This document shows, piece by piece, positions 1 to 12,600 of a stretch of 64,000 nt of DNA. The notes under the pieces were generated by a model, which was given only the letters and a program-made list of their open reading frames with translations, made no database searches and was not told the DNA's origin. Source of the DNA: Antedon mediterranea (lineage: Eukaryota > Animalia > Echinodermata); the NCBI RefSeq assembly GCF_964355755.1, contig NC_092671.1:12524001-12588000 (forward strand), in the 5' to 3' direction. The position numbers were made by a program, and so were the translations under genes. Numbering within the stretch: the stretch's first letter is position 1; the number at the start of each line of letters is the position of its first letter.

Positions 1-218
1 AGTGAATTAATTCCAAATAAAAAATGTTTGTATAATATTTTAGATCTCTTCTGCGTTAATAATGTATTGTTATATTTATGTTTCCTTTCTGTTCCTATTA
101 AACTATTTAACTACATTTTATATTAGGTTTTTTTATATCAGAATAGTACACCATAGCAGGTGCATTTTAGCCTGCATTATAAACCGTACTAAACAAACAG
201 CTTTGGTATGCTTTGCAG

Positions 219-3200
219 GTACATACATCATACGAAAGCTAAGAAAAGACAAATCAGAAGATGAGACGATAATGTTGAATGAAGTAGAGGGGATGTTAAA
301 TGAGATACAAGACAAACAGGGTGAATTAAAACATTACCTCTCAGAGGATAAAAAAGAACATCATGTACCAATGGAAGTTCAGGAACTTGAGAGTGGTATA
401 AAACGAGTAAGTTGAATATTTAGTTTGCATGTTACATAACAACAAAATATTGTGTGTGCTTTGACTATCTTCTCACAAATAAGGTAACTTCAGAGCATAT
501 TTAGAGATTTATTTTTTTAATTACCATTGCCAGCAACATTAAACATGTCATCAATTATTGGTCTACTATTCAGATAAACTCAATTTATTTCAACTGTTTG
601 TTTTTGTAGGTTGTTGATTGGATCATTGGACCAGGAGAAAAATTACTAGCATCTCAATCAACCATTGGCAACAATCTTCAGTCTGCTGACCAACTTAGGA
701 GAGATCATGAAAAACTAGAGTTGAAATGCACTGTACGTATCTTGAAAATTCCCTATAGAATAAAGCGTGGTTCACACTAGCACACGCAACGCAGCGACAT
801 ATTGACGTGTGCTGCATAATCACAAGTGGGAACCGACGACGCAACAGCGCTGCAAACATCGCAGGTTTGGTTTTACTCAGACAGGAGCAAACACAATCAT
901 TGAAAGGGCATTTTCTTGGGTTGCATTGCGCTAGTGGTAACGAAGCTTTAGAAAGTACAAACCTATACACGGATCAAACCTAGTATTATCATCCTAAAAG
1001 AGAAAGGCAATATTTGCTGAATATGTTTCTTCATTTACAAATTTTTTTTTTTTTTTGGGGGTAAAAATAGGAAACATATGCAACATTTGCTGAGCTTCGT
1101 TATGTTGCTAACGGTTTGATAAAAAATGGAGGACCTTCAACTGAGAGTGTTGCTGCCCAGAAGAAATATATGGACTCGGTGTGCAGGAGCTTTGCCAGTC
1201 GGCTGGAAAAAAGAAGAAATCTACTTATTTGTTCTGTTTGTTTTCATCGTACTTTAGAAAATGTATGTTTGTAGTTTATTTTAATCACTAATTGCATTTG
1301 TAATCGGGAGTTGTATTGTATATGATGCTAACAAACATATAAATTATATTTGTCAGTACTGTATGTTTAATCATGTATTCTTACATACTACTGATACTGT
1401 TATGTTGGTTTTTAGTAGCCTACTTACCATTGTACTTGCCTAAATGTATGTACTGTATTAAATTCATTCGTCAGTGGAAAATTACTTTCATTTATTGTTG
1501 TTTACACATAAAATATACATAGAAATTATGATAAATCACCAAATCTTGAATTTATAATTCTTATTTTTAGAATTCAACAAATCCTATTTTATTTTGTTTT
1601 TGTTTACAGAGTATGCATACATTGGAAGATTTAATTGAGATGTTCAGAGGTGACGTAGTTGCTGACAGTACAGAAATGGTCAAACGAGTTGTGTCAAATA
1701 TTGATGATAACTGTCATGCAATTGGTCAGTATTTCTATGTTATATATCAGTTATTACATTTGTACTGGAAAATCCCAAAATATATGTTTATGATCATGCA
1801 CATTATTCAAATAACTTCATCAACATTTTTTGTTTCAGCATTTTCTATTGAACAAACGGAAAGAGAGGGAGAAAGATTGTTAGAAATGATGAGTAGCCCC
1901 GTTAAGAATGCTTTTGGTAAAGATATAACACCAAAGTTCGACAGCCAGAAAAGTCATGTGACCACATCTATCCACGAGATGAATAAACAACGCAAACAAG
2001 TTAACGAATTGGCAGATTTATGGAAATTAAAGTTACAACAAATTTTACAGCTTCGCACGTGTGAGGAAGATTCAGTTCAGGTAGGACTTAGTAACAGTAT
2101 AACGAGTCTAGGTGAAAATTCGGTCTACCATACTAGGATTTGTTTTCAATAGAGTTGAAAAAGGGCATGGCAAGTGGATAGGTTGTGTACGTAGAACCTT
2201 TTTTTTTTTTCAGGGAATTGTTTGGCTAGAAGAATTGTGTGATGTCGTAACCAGATCTCATGCTGATATTGGGAGTACCACCGTTGAGGCAGACCAGCGG
2301 AAGAAAAGTCACGCTAGTTTAGAGGCCACTGCAGAGGTAATATTAATTTCAAATGGTTGTTTTAATATTTTCTGTACTATAATTTGTTTTCATCTTAAAT
2401 TTTCTGTTTTAATATACATGTTCCTTTCCTTGTTAAATAATGGACAAGTAAAATAAAATAAAGAATAATACAATTAATGTAGAAAGTATTGTTTCATGTA
2501 TATCTTTGATTTTTAGAAAACGTACGACTACAGCAAACAGTTATTAAGTGCAGGCCTAGCGATTCGTAGATCTCTTGAATATGATACAGCCCCAAATGAT
2601 TCCCTGGCACATAGGCTTCATCTTGCTTGGAAGAGCTTTGCCAAAGAGAGTGAGGAACGGGCTTCAAGACTTTCTGTCTCACTTATGTTCAATAACAATG
2701 CAGAAATGGTATGTGTGTTATTGAGTTTAAATTTAGTCTGCAATACCAAGACTACACAGCTGTTGAGTAGAAAAGTCAAATATTTTTTAGCATGTGCAGA
2801 ATGGTTGTTAAGTGTATTTGCATGGCATTCACGAAAAACTCAATGTCGCTTTTAACCAAATTTACTGAAGAACACTTCATATAATTTGTGTTTATTAAAA
2901 ATGTTTTTTAATTATTTTCCAGCTTGGTCAAGAAATGGATAAGTTCTCTACAGTAGTAAGGGAGAGTTTTAATGACACCAACTTTTCTGAACGGGACTTG
3001 CATTATCATAGAAATAGGCAAAGTTCCATACAAAATAGATATGTTGATACAATTGCTATGGGCAAAGCTTTGTTAGATAGAATAGCCGCTCCCTCGTCAT
3101 CTCCTTACAGGTGAATTTCTTTTTTGTCTCAATACTGTAATGTACATTTTTGAATATAACTAAGAAAGATATTGTATGTTTTACAGTTGTCACTTATAAA

Positions 3201-3694
3201 TACAAAAGGCAACTTATTAAATATACAGCACTGCTGTCAAGACCAGTGACCCAATCTCAATTGAGATAAATAATAAATAAGCAGAAAACCAAATCAAAAC
3301 ATACTGTTGTTGGTTTTACAAATTGTATATAATTTGTGATAGAGCTTCATTGTTTCTGTAGAAGTCCCTGACATATGAATAGATAAAAATCAATGAATTG
3401 TCATGTTTTCAGTATTAGTAAAAGTAACTTAAAATGTCATTACAATATATATTGCATTTGAAAGACAATAAAAAAATTGGCAGTATGTTTAGAGTATTCA
3501 TATTCTGAGCTAATGTATTGAATGTTGATCTCTTCTAGATTGGTTTCACCGCCAGAACCAGCAGGTCAGGTTTTTAGTCAAGATGATACCTTAATTAACC
3601 AGAAACTGTTAGAATTGAAAATTAAAAAGTTAGAGATGGATTTATTACTATCAAGACCAGAAGAGGCAGAGAGTATTCTTAGGCATATTAAAGA
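219..3694 (+). CDS. SESTD1: SESTD1-like segment (C-terminal spectrin-repeat half), 9 exons
   Basis: Exons 219-406, 610-732, 1071-1262, 1610-1724, 1839-2080, 2214-2336, 2517-2708, 2923-3110, 3539-3694. Peptides VVDWIIGPGEKLL, AFGKDIT, LQQILQLRTCEEDSVQGIVWLEEL, TYDYSKQLL, WKSFAKESEER, GKALLDRI follow the remembered human SESTD1 order ([67 protein letters not shown]). Confidence 0.85.
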
Positions 3695-6600
3695 GTAAGT
3701 ATTGGCAATGCCATCTCAACATTTTTATCTGATGGTTTTCCGTACTCTGACATAATTGTACGGATTTCTCAGTATTAAAACCACTTTTGGAATAAATTTT
3801 TAAGTAATACGTTTGTGCAACTGTCACAAACTCCCTTTACGTATGTTTCCGAGCGGTTGAAAATACTTTAGGAACTCCCTTCTGACATAAAATTATACAC
3901 ACAATTTCTATTAATAGCACTTCTGGAATGTTCCTGATTGTTCTTGTTAATTATACATGGTTTCTTAAATAAAAACATCTTATTCTAGAATATTCATGTA
4001 GACTCTATTATACTGTGTTAGGATGGTAATTTATTACAGGCAACTCAAACCAGATCACTAGCCCGGCATTTATACCTTTAGGTCACCGAGGCTTTGCTCT
4101 TTATTATTCAATTTCCGGTAATCTATTAACAAGTTAGGTCATGTAAATTCATTTTCCGAATGTGGGGACGTTTGTACATGCTTCATCACTCTATGCTTTG
4201 ATCCACTGTTTTGATTTGTATGTCCAGACAACCAATGACATATCAATGACTAGGTCATAGGTCATCGCAAATGGGAAGCTCCCTTTTAAAATCTAAATCC
4301 AAATACTGTAGTTCTATTTTTAATAAAAAATATTATTTAATTTTGTTTATATTTGACAGTTTATCTGCATACCAAATATCAGGACCGAATGCCAAAGACA
4401 CTTCTTCTATTCTTGAATCTGACCTTAACAAAGTTTCACCAGCATCATGGAAAGATGCTAAAGGAATGGTATCGCCATTCACAAACTCTGAACCACAACA
4501 AGTTGTCCCAGCAACATGGAAAGATGCTCAAGGAATGGTTTCTCCATATACGAAACCCAATCATAGTATGACATCCACATTTCAAGATGGTCCGGAAAAG
4601 GCGTCATCACCTATGTCTGATAACTATGCTAGTTATAATGATTCCATGAAGGGAGAACCTCTTGTACAGGAGCCTATATTTGCCAAGACAGAAGTTCAGA
4701 ATACTGCAGCAGCAATGAACAATATTAGATTTGGGGATAGTTCTCCTGAAGAACAGGCTGCAATGAGGATATTAAAAGAGTTTGAAGCTGAAATAGATGA
4801 GGTAAGTTATTTTTATACATCTTTTATATAAAATAAAAGAAAATAAACTTGTTTTATTGTTAAATTAACCATTTTAATGAATTGTCTCCACAACATAATC
4901 ATACGTCATTTGTGTATACATATCTACCTCTACTGTTTCACTAGATAATTTAGTTTTTAAGAGGTTATGCTTCTACTATTAATATTATTATTGAGGGTCA
5001 TTCTAGTGACACAGTTAGCATGCTTTAAGTCCGGTTATTTTTTTAATGTGTTGGTTAGGCTATGTTTTAAGTTACTGCATAAAATATAGCACTCATTACT
5101 GTTGCTGTTAAAACATTCCACGGCACTATAAAAACGGAAAGTTATGTTTCTGTCAAGAATTAATAACCACCATACTTCTTCTTCACCGTACTAATACAAT
5201 TTTTATAGTCAAATAAAAAGTAAATTTAGTAGCATTAGCAATATGCAAATTAGTAATTATATTATAATTTATGCATTGGCCGATTTTTGTGTAAACATTA
5301 TCAAATAAAAGATTGTGAACTTCATTTTTATTGTATACATGTCATTTTAAGTTTAGCTACCTAACAGGATAAGTCTCAGTTCTCAAATTCATATTTGTGA
5401 TTTTGCTATTATAAATTAAGTTATTAATAGTTGCTATAAATCAATGATTGTAAAACAATGAGCTAGAAATAACTCCCATGAAGAAATGGAATATTCCAAA
5501 GGGTCTGACTTCTGTAAAGTAGTAAACAGCTTTAAGCTCATGAATATTAATAAGGATTCATGCAGTTAACCTAATACATACTATAGAAGGCAGTTCATCA
5601 GCCTCCAGAGCTGCTGTTGCCAGTACAATCAGTATACACACATCTTCCGTGTGTAGATTGTTTATGTACGTGTTTATGTCCGTGCTTGTAATTGTCCAAT
5701 ATGATCGTAAAATTGTAACTTTTGGTGGATTTACGCGATTGTCAGTAATTGTTTGTGAGGGGTAAGGATGGCTGCACCAGGAGGGGTAACTGCGATCAGT
5801 ACGGTAGCAGTGCAGTCCGGAGAGGCTCGTATCATCCTAGCGGTTTTGAGAGTAAGTGCTTCTATTCCAGTAACCTAGGGCGCAAGTCTGGTTTTAAAAG
5901 ATGTGGGAAAGGGGTTCTTCGGAACCGGGGGAATGATTTATATTCAACTTTGAAGAACTTTATCATATTAATAATTTAAAACAGTTTAGATAATTCAAGT
6001 ATTTTTTGATTGCTTGATTTTGATGATTTTTAAATATTCAACATAACAACATTGGCAGTTTGCAGTATTTTAAATTACAATACAATATTGAAACTTGACT
6101 TTAAAAAAATGCTTTTTTGATCTGAAGATAAGAAGGTAGGAGGATTTTTTCCAGAGTAGTTTAATTGTTTTAAAAACATTAAAGCTTATCTTTACCTAAT
6201 TTTAATTAGTTATTTAAAAATAACAGTAAATTTGTCAGTGATGTCTACATATTTAACACCACTATAGTGTTACACTAGGAACTGGTATTTGAAGTGGTAT
6301 TTAAAGAATGCATGAGATAAAATGTGCTGTGTTAATTTCTATGACCAGAGGGTCAATTCTGTAATTTATCTTATGAGTATTAGTTAATTGTTTAATAACA
6401 CCATGGAGAATTTCTCAATGATAAGACATAATTGATACTGAACATTTAAACTGTTTTAGCCAATTCAATTGTCTGATTCAATTTTATTGAATTTTTAGTT
6501 GAATAGTCATCTGAATTTGACATTTTATGTTTGCATTGTCAGAGCCTGGGGAAATAATTAAAATTTTGTGATTTAATGAGGGAGGCCTGACCCTCACAAT

Positions 6601-9600
6601 TGTCTTGTCTTGTTAGGGTAACTTCGTTTTGAGATCAGCATAAATATTTAGATTCTTGAGTGTCCAATAGTAGGTACACATAACTTGATAAGGTATCTTG
6701 CAGATGGAGATACTTTACACTTGTTATGGGTAGGGTGTTCATCTTAAAATTCTTTGAATATTATCATTTTTCCGAGCGCCAATATTAAATTCTATTAAAT
6801 TTTATACCTATTATTTATAATTTAAGCTTTCCACAGTGGTATTCATAAGATGATAAGTTAAAAATAATTGTAACAAACTGTGATTAAACATAATTATCAC
6901 CCCTGTGGAAAAACAAACAGGTATACAAATTATTGTAAACAATGAATGAGTGTATATTACTGATTATCACTTTATTTACCAATTTGCTATCTTTGTTGGG
7001 GAAAAAAGCTACAGTAGGGCAGTTTTATAGATTTTTATTTCATGTTATGATAATTTTGTTATATCTTTTCCAGTAGTGATTTGCGGATTAAATTAATGTT
7101 CTTGCGGTTTTTCAGTTGTGGATTTCTCTAGGATTTAACGTTACTGACAGCCGCACACTTCAGCAATTATACCATGCTGTGAAACTGATATTAGCTATTT
7201 ATAGGCATGGCTTAGTTGGGTGATTCGACCTCTTTGAAAAGAGCAGTTAGGTAGTTAGTAGGTTTGAGTGAAGCTGTATTTACCAATTGTGCCCCCTGAC
7301 GTCATTGCATTCTTTAATATTGGACACATTTCAGAGTATGATCAATCTTCATGGTATGCCAGGGACGTGTTAATGTGTTTTTAATTTTAATATTTTATTA
7401 AATTATGATATGAATTACAGTAAATAATTACTGCACAAATACAAACAATACAAACTTGTTACTTAGATAGAATTAAAATCAATTTTTTGAGGCATTTTGA
7501 TTTTTCAGGCATAATTTATATATATAATTTTTTTAATGTTATAAAATTGTAGACATTTTTGAGAAAAAACAATTATCAATTTAATGCAAAATGCATATTA
7601 ATATACCACAAAGTATGATAAATTAAAAATAGTAAAGGATAAGTAGGTCAGAGACACAGACAAAAATCATGGTCTTAAAGATACAGTGATGCCAAACTGA
7701 AATGTAACATTTTCCAGACGTCCATTAGTAATTAAGAATATTAATTGACAGTTTTGGGTCATGATATTTTTAACATATTAACATACAAGGACATTTTTTA
7801 TTAAATAATAAAATTTTTTTAATTTTAAAAGGATGATTATAATGTGTCACCGCATCTTTAAAGTATCATTAATGTTGTAATGACAAGCCTTCACAGCTGT
7901 AAAAGCCAATTGTAGGTTACAGTAAAAACATCTGTTAAAACTTAAAAGATTTCAATCATTAAATCGTTTAATAGGGATATGAAACTATACATGGTTGTGA
8001 GAAAAAGAAATGTAGACCTACAACAGAAGGTTGAAAATAAATTAATATAGCATATTAATTTTGTAATAACATTAATAAATATCTGTACCCATGCGGCTAT
8101 TGGTTATATTAAAAATATTGGAATTATTACAGATTACAAGTTACAGATTATTAAAATATCCAAAGAATGCATTGGCCACCTGACATTGATTGTTGATCAT
8201 TACGTCCTTGATAATCATACTGAAGACATAGAAATCACAAATAAAAACAAAACTCTTTTATGCTCTATTTAAAATAAATGTATTGCTTATACAGTACTGC
8301 ATTTAATCATAAATACTAGTACTATGCTTGTTTCACATCAACCCAAAAATGTTAAAACAAAACAAAACATGGAATTATCATCATTGACTTAATTTAATAA
8401 CTCTATACCCTAAGTGAATCTAACCAGTTTACTTATTGCCTCAAACATATTTTTTTCAAAACATACTTTACTGCAGTTATCTGTTGTCTTATGGAATGCC
8501 TACCATAAATTAACTTACTTTGTGATTGGGTAGAATAAATTTGATTGGCTAATAGTAATGTTCTCAGGGTTTCTATGTTATGTTTACTATTGTTAAATTG
8601 TATAAATAGATTCAACTACTGTAGGATATTTTTAACCCTTTTATTTATAGTGTATTTGCATATTGTTGTTGTACACATTAATATATTAATGATATCTAGA
8701 AGTTATTTTAATTAGCCCCATCATAGCTCCCCGGTCCTATTAATAATCCTAAGATTTTCTCAAATATTGAGAGTAGATATATAATTACACCATTTTTTCA
8801 TATTTCAGTCAACAGAATGGGTACGAGTAAAAGTTCACGAAATGACCCCTCGCATGACAGACGTTGGACAAAATAAGGAAGAAGCACTGCATCTCAAAGC
8901 ACAGCACAATAAATTAGTAGAACAAATAGCAGTAAGTTAACATGTTTTTAATATATTAATGTTTTAATCTCATTTTGCTGCCTCTTAAGTAAGTGGTGTC
9001 AGCCATTCACCTAACTTTCTTTCACACTGTACAGTCTTAAAAAGATTTTTAACACCATTTGAAGTCTCTGTGCTACTATGTACTATTTCAACCATGTACC
9101 AACTTGCCATACCATAGCAGGCTCTCTTCATTAAGGGTTCAAGTATTACAATAGTTCTCTTAAACGGCCAATAAAAGTTTCAGAAGACCTTTTCCATGGC
9201 GAGTAAACACTAGTAAATTTGTTTGTGGTATGGCCTGTGTTTCCAATCCGTCATTTAAAAATTCCCAGCCACATGGTGTTCAATAAACCTAATTTTAATA
9301 CCAGTAATGCATAATCTCACACTAAAATGATGATTACTTAATTAAATACTGATTTTTAATTTAAATATATAATATTGTACAGTTTAAGTCATGGGTATAA
9401 AATAAGAGTAATTTTCTTCTTTATTATAGTTCCTACGAAACAAGTAATAATACAAAAGTTCCTTTTATATGAATTATCACCATGTTCATATTTCTTGACC
9501 TTTAACATCTGATATGTCAGATTTACTTTTTTGTTTCAGTTAGTTACGATTCTCATGACGTTTGGCTTCATCAAATTTCTTCCATTGTTACATTGATAGA

Positions 9601-12600
9601 AATTGCAGAGAAAATATGCAATAACATTGTTGCTTAAAAACAACAGTTATTAATTTAACTGAGCTGTACATTTGTACACATGTTTTTAATACTCATATTT
9701 GTTTGTGTTTTGTCACTTAAATAGAAAGATTTTTAACTGTGACGTGCAAACAAATTATTCTATTCAGCATAACTACATGCTTTAAATTGTAATCTATTTT
9801 AGTACAGTGTCTAACCTTAAATTTTTGACTAAATATAACAAATGCAGGTACAAAAGATGGATATATAAATACAGTATTATTGTTATTAACAAAAAAAAAC
9901 TGTTGAAGAACATGCAATTTCCAAATCACCTGGGTTGTACTTCAAATTGCATTGAATCATTTTATTCCAATGATTAGAGATGCATGTGTTTTTAAACTGC
10001 ACATACACAAACTTTCATGTCAGATGAGACTGTCTGATAAATTGAAAACATGAACCCAAATGCTTTTTTAACTGGATTTTCCAGACAAGAAGACGACATT
10101 AGATTCACCTCTTTGCAATGGTTTTTTGGATTTTTTTATTATATTAAACTGACTTATGGATCTCCTAGTGTATGAAAAATAAATGTCTGAATTAATACCA
10201 TACATTTATTTTAGTATTTAGGAAATTGAATAACCTATAACTATCACAATGTTTTCATGATACCATAGTATTAAAGAGCAGGTGCAGGAAAACAATTTCT
10301 ATTGATCATACATTCTAATTATTGATTTATAATTTCCCCTATGTTTTATAATCTTTGGGATTTTTATTGTGCTACACAATTTTGTTAAAAATAAGCATTT
10401 TCTTATCAGTTGGGGGTATTTGAAATTACACAGTAAAATCCCTATTCTCTTACACAAATGTTGTAAATAGAGAGGCATTTTTAAACAATTAACTTTTTTG
10501 CACATTCTAGGGAGTCACTGGATAGAGTATTAAACTACCAAACTACTGAAAAAGGTCTGCCTGGCTTTTATAGCAGAATTTTGCCAGAGTTTTTTTCATC
10601 GTAATTTCTGTTTACACGTATTTGTTTTACGTACATTTAACCAGATAATATATTTAAAATGATACATGTTTCTTTACTTTCAGTCACGGCAGCAACAGAT
10701 TAATGCTTTATTAACACAAGGAGATAATTTAGTATCAACTCAGCAATTTTATAACGATGTGTATGAAGCCATGGCCCAGTCTCTTGGCGAGGCATGGCAA
10801 GACCTTAACAAACAACTTCAAGACAGACGCAACTTACTGGATGAGGCTATTAACTTCTACCAGCTCTCTGAAGATGTAAGTAATTTTTGACAATTTTTTT
10901 GTGGAGAAATTATTTTATAAATTTGTACTACTAACATTATTTTTAATTTCTAGTTTTCTGATAAATTAAAACGGGCATCAGATGAATCACGGAGCCAGGA
11001 GATGCCAGTTAATGTTGTTGATTCTGAGGCGAGGTTAAAAAACCATCACGATTTAAAGAAAGGTAATGTTTACAACTATTAATTTGCAATAACCAACATT
11101 ACATTCTTGTTTATTCTTAACATAGTTCATAAAGTATATGTTATTGTGTTGCTTTTTCAGGGTTAATAAATAATGAAATAATGTCGAAATTAGTTTTTCT
11201 TAAAAAGCTTTGTTTATTACGCTATTGAGAATTGAACTATACCCATTCATGTTTGTGCCAAGGGTTTTCTGCAATCCCATATGACCCATAAATGGATCCT
11301 AGAAGCCAATTAAGTATAATAGGAACTGAAATTGTGTGTGTATTGGGAGTAGATGCATTTTCATATCTTTGGCGAAGGCTTTGAACCAGTACAATTGATT
11401 TCAATGACATTTAAAAATCATCATGTTTGTCTTGTTTTGTCTACCTACATTGTCTCCATACTATTGATAACATTTATAATAACATCATTAATGCACTATA
11501 ACTGATAATCAAGACAATGTATAGCTTTGGTGATTTAACTGTGCAGAGGTTTATTTTGTTCTTTTAATCCACATGAAATTGTTGACCTAACAAATGTAAA
11601 TGAGCAGTTGAAACATATAGTAGATTGGTGTGATGTTAATAAGTTGACAATTAATTCTAAAAAGACAAATTATATTATATTTCGTAATCAGCATACAATA
11701 ATTGAAGTAAAGGGGGATATATACATAAAGGAATCAAAATTAGATGAAGTTGAAGCTACAACTTACATTGGGGTAGATATAGATAATAGACTTACATGGA
11801 AAGTGCATTCTAATAAGGTTAATAAAATTATTAGTTCTAAGGCTGGTTTATTGTACAAACTTAAATATGTTGTACCCCAATCAATTTTGGTGCTTTTATA
11901 TAATTGTTTTATTTTGCCTCATATTTCATTTGCATTAGAAGCTTGGGGTAACACTTATAAAACTCATTTAAAACCAGTATATTTAACACAAAAACGTATT
12001 ATACGCACATTGACTTATTCTGATAGACTAGCACCAACATCATTATTATTCAAAGAACTTAAAATTTTAAATATTTATCAGCAGCATCAGTATTTAATTA
12101 CTTTATTTGTTCATGATAGTTTACATGGTAAATTTCCAGATACAACTCCTAAATATTTTTTGTATATTAATTTTCGTTATTCATCAAGGTCTCAGACTAG
12201 AGAAAAGTTGTATGTACCAAAATATAGAACAAACATAGGACAACATTCCATCAAGTATTCTGCTGCAAAGCTCTGGAATGAAATCCCGGATGATTTAAGG
12301 TTTCTAACAAAAAGCAAATTCAAAAAAGAAATGAAAACATACTATTTGTTTGTATAGTGATATTTATTTATTTTATAAGAGAATTATATTGTATATATCT
12401 GAGAGAAAGTGTATTTAAAAAAAAAAAAAAAAATGTTTATCTATATATAAATTATGGTTAATTCTGACATAGGCGAGCACAATGCAAAAACTTCGTTACA
12501 AATCTCCGCCTTGGATACCTACCTTATCTATCCGAGATGTACCGCGAAACGTAGATTTGATAACATTAGTGTGCACGCCGACGCTATTGTTCCATATTTA

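Noticed and set aside
5749-5979. 76-aa ORF in the track
   Set aside because: Wrong frame. The meaningful frame starts at ATG 5768 and ends at the splice donor 5851.
11608-12357. 249-aa ORF as a host gene or retron/DGR-type RT
   Set aside because: It is the C-terminal part of a 5'-truncated LINE ORF2 lacking the catalytic motif, with LINE tail and TSD.
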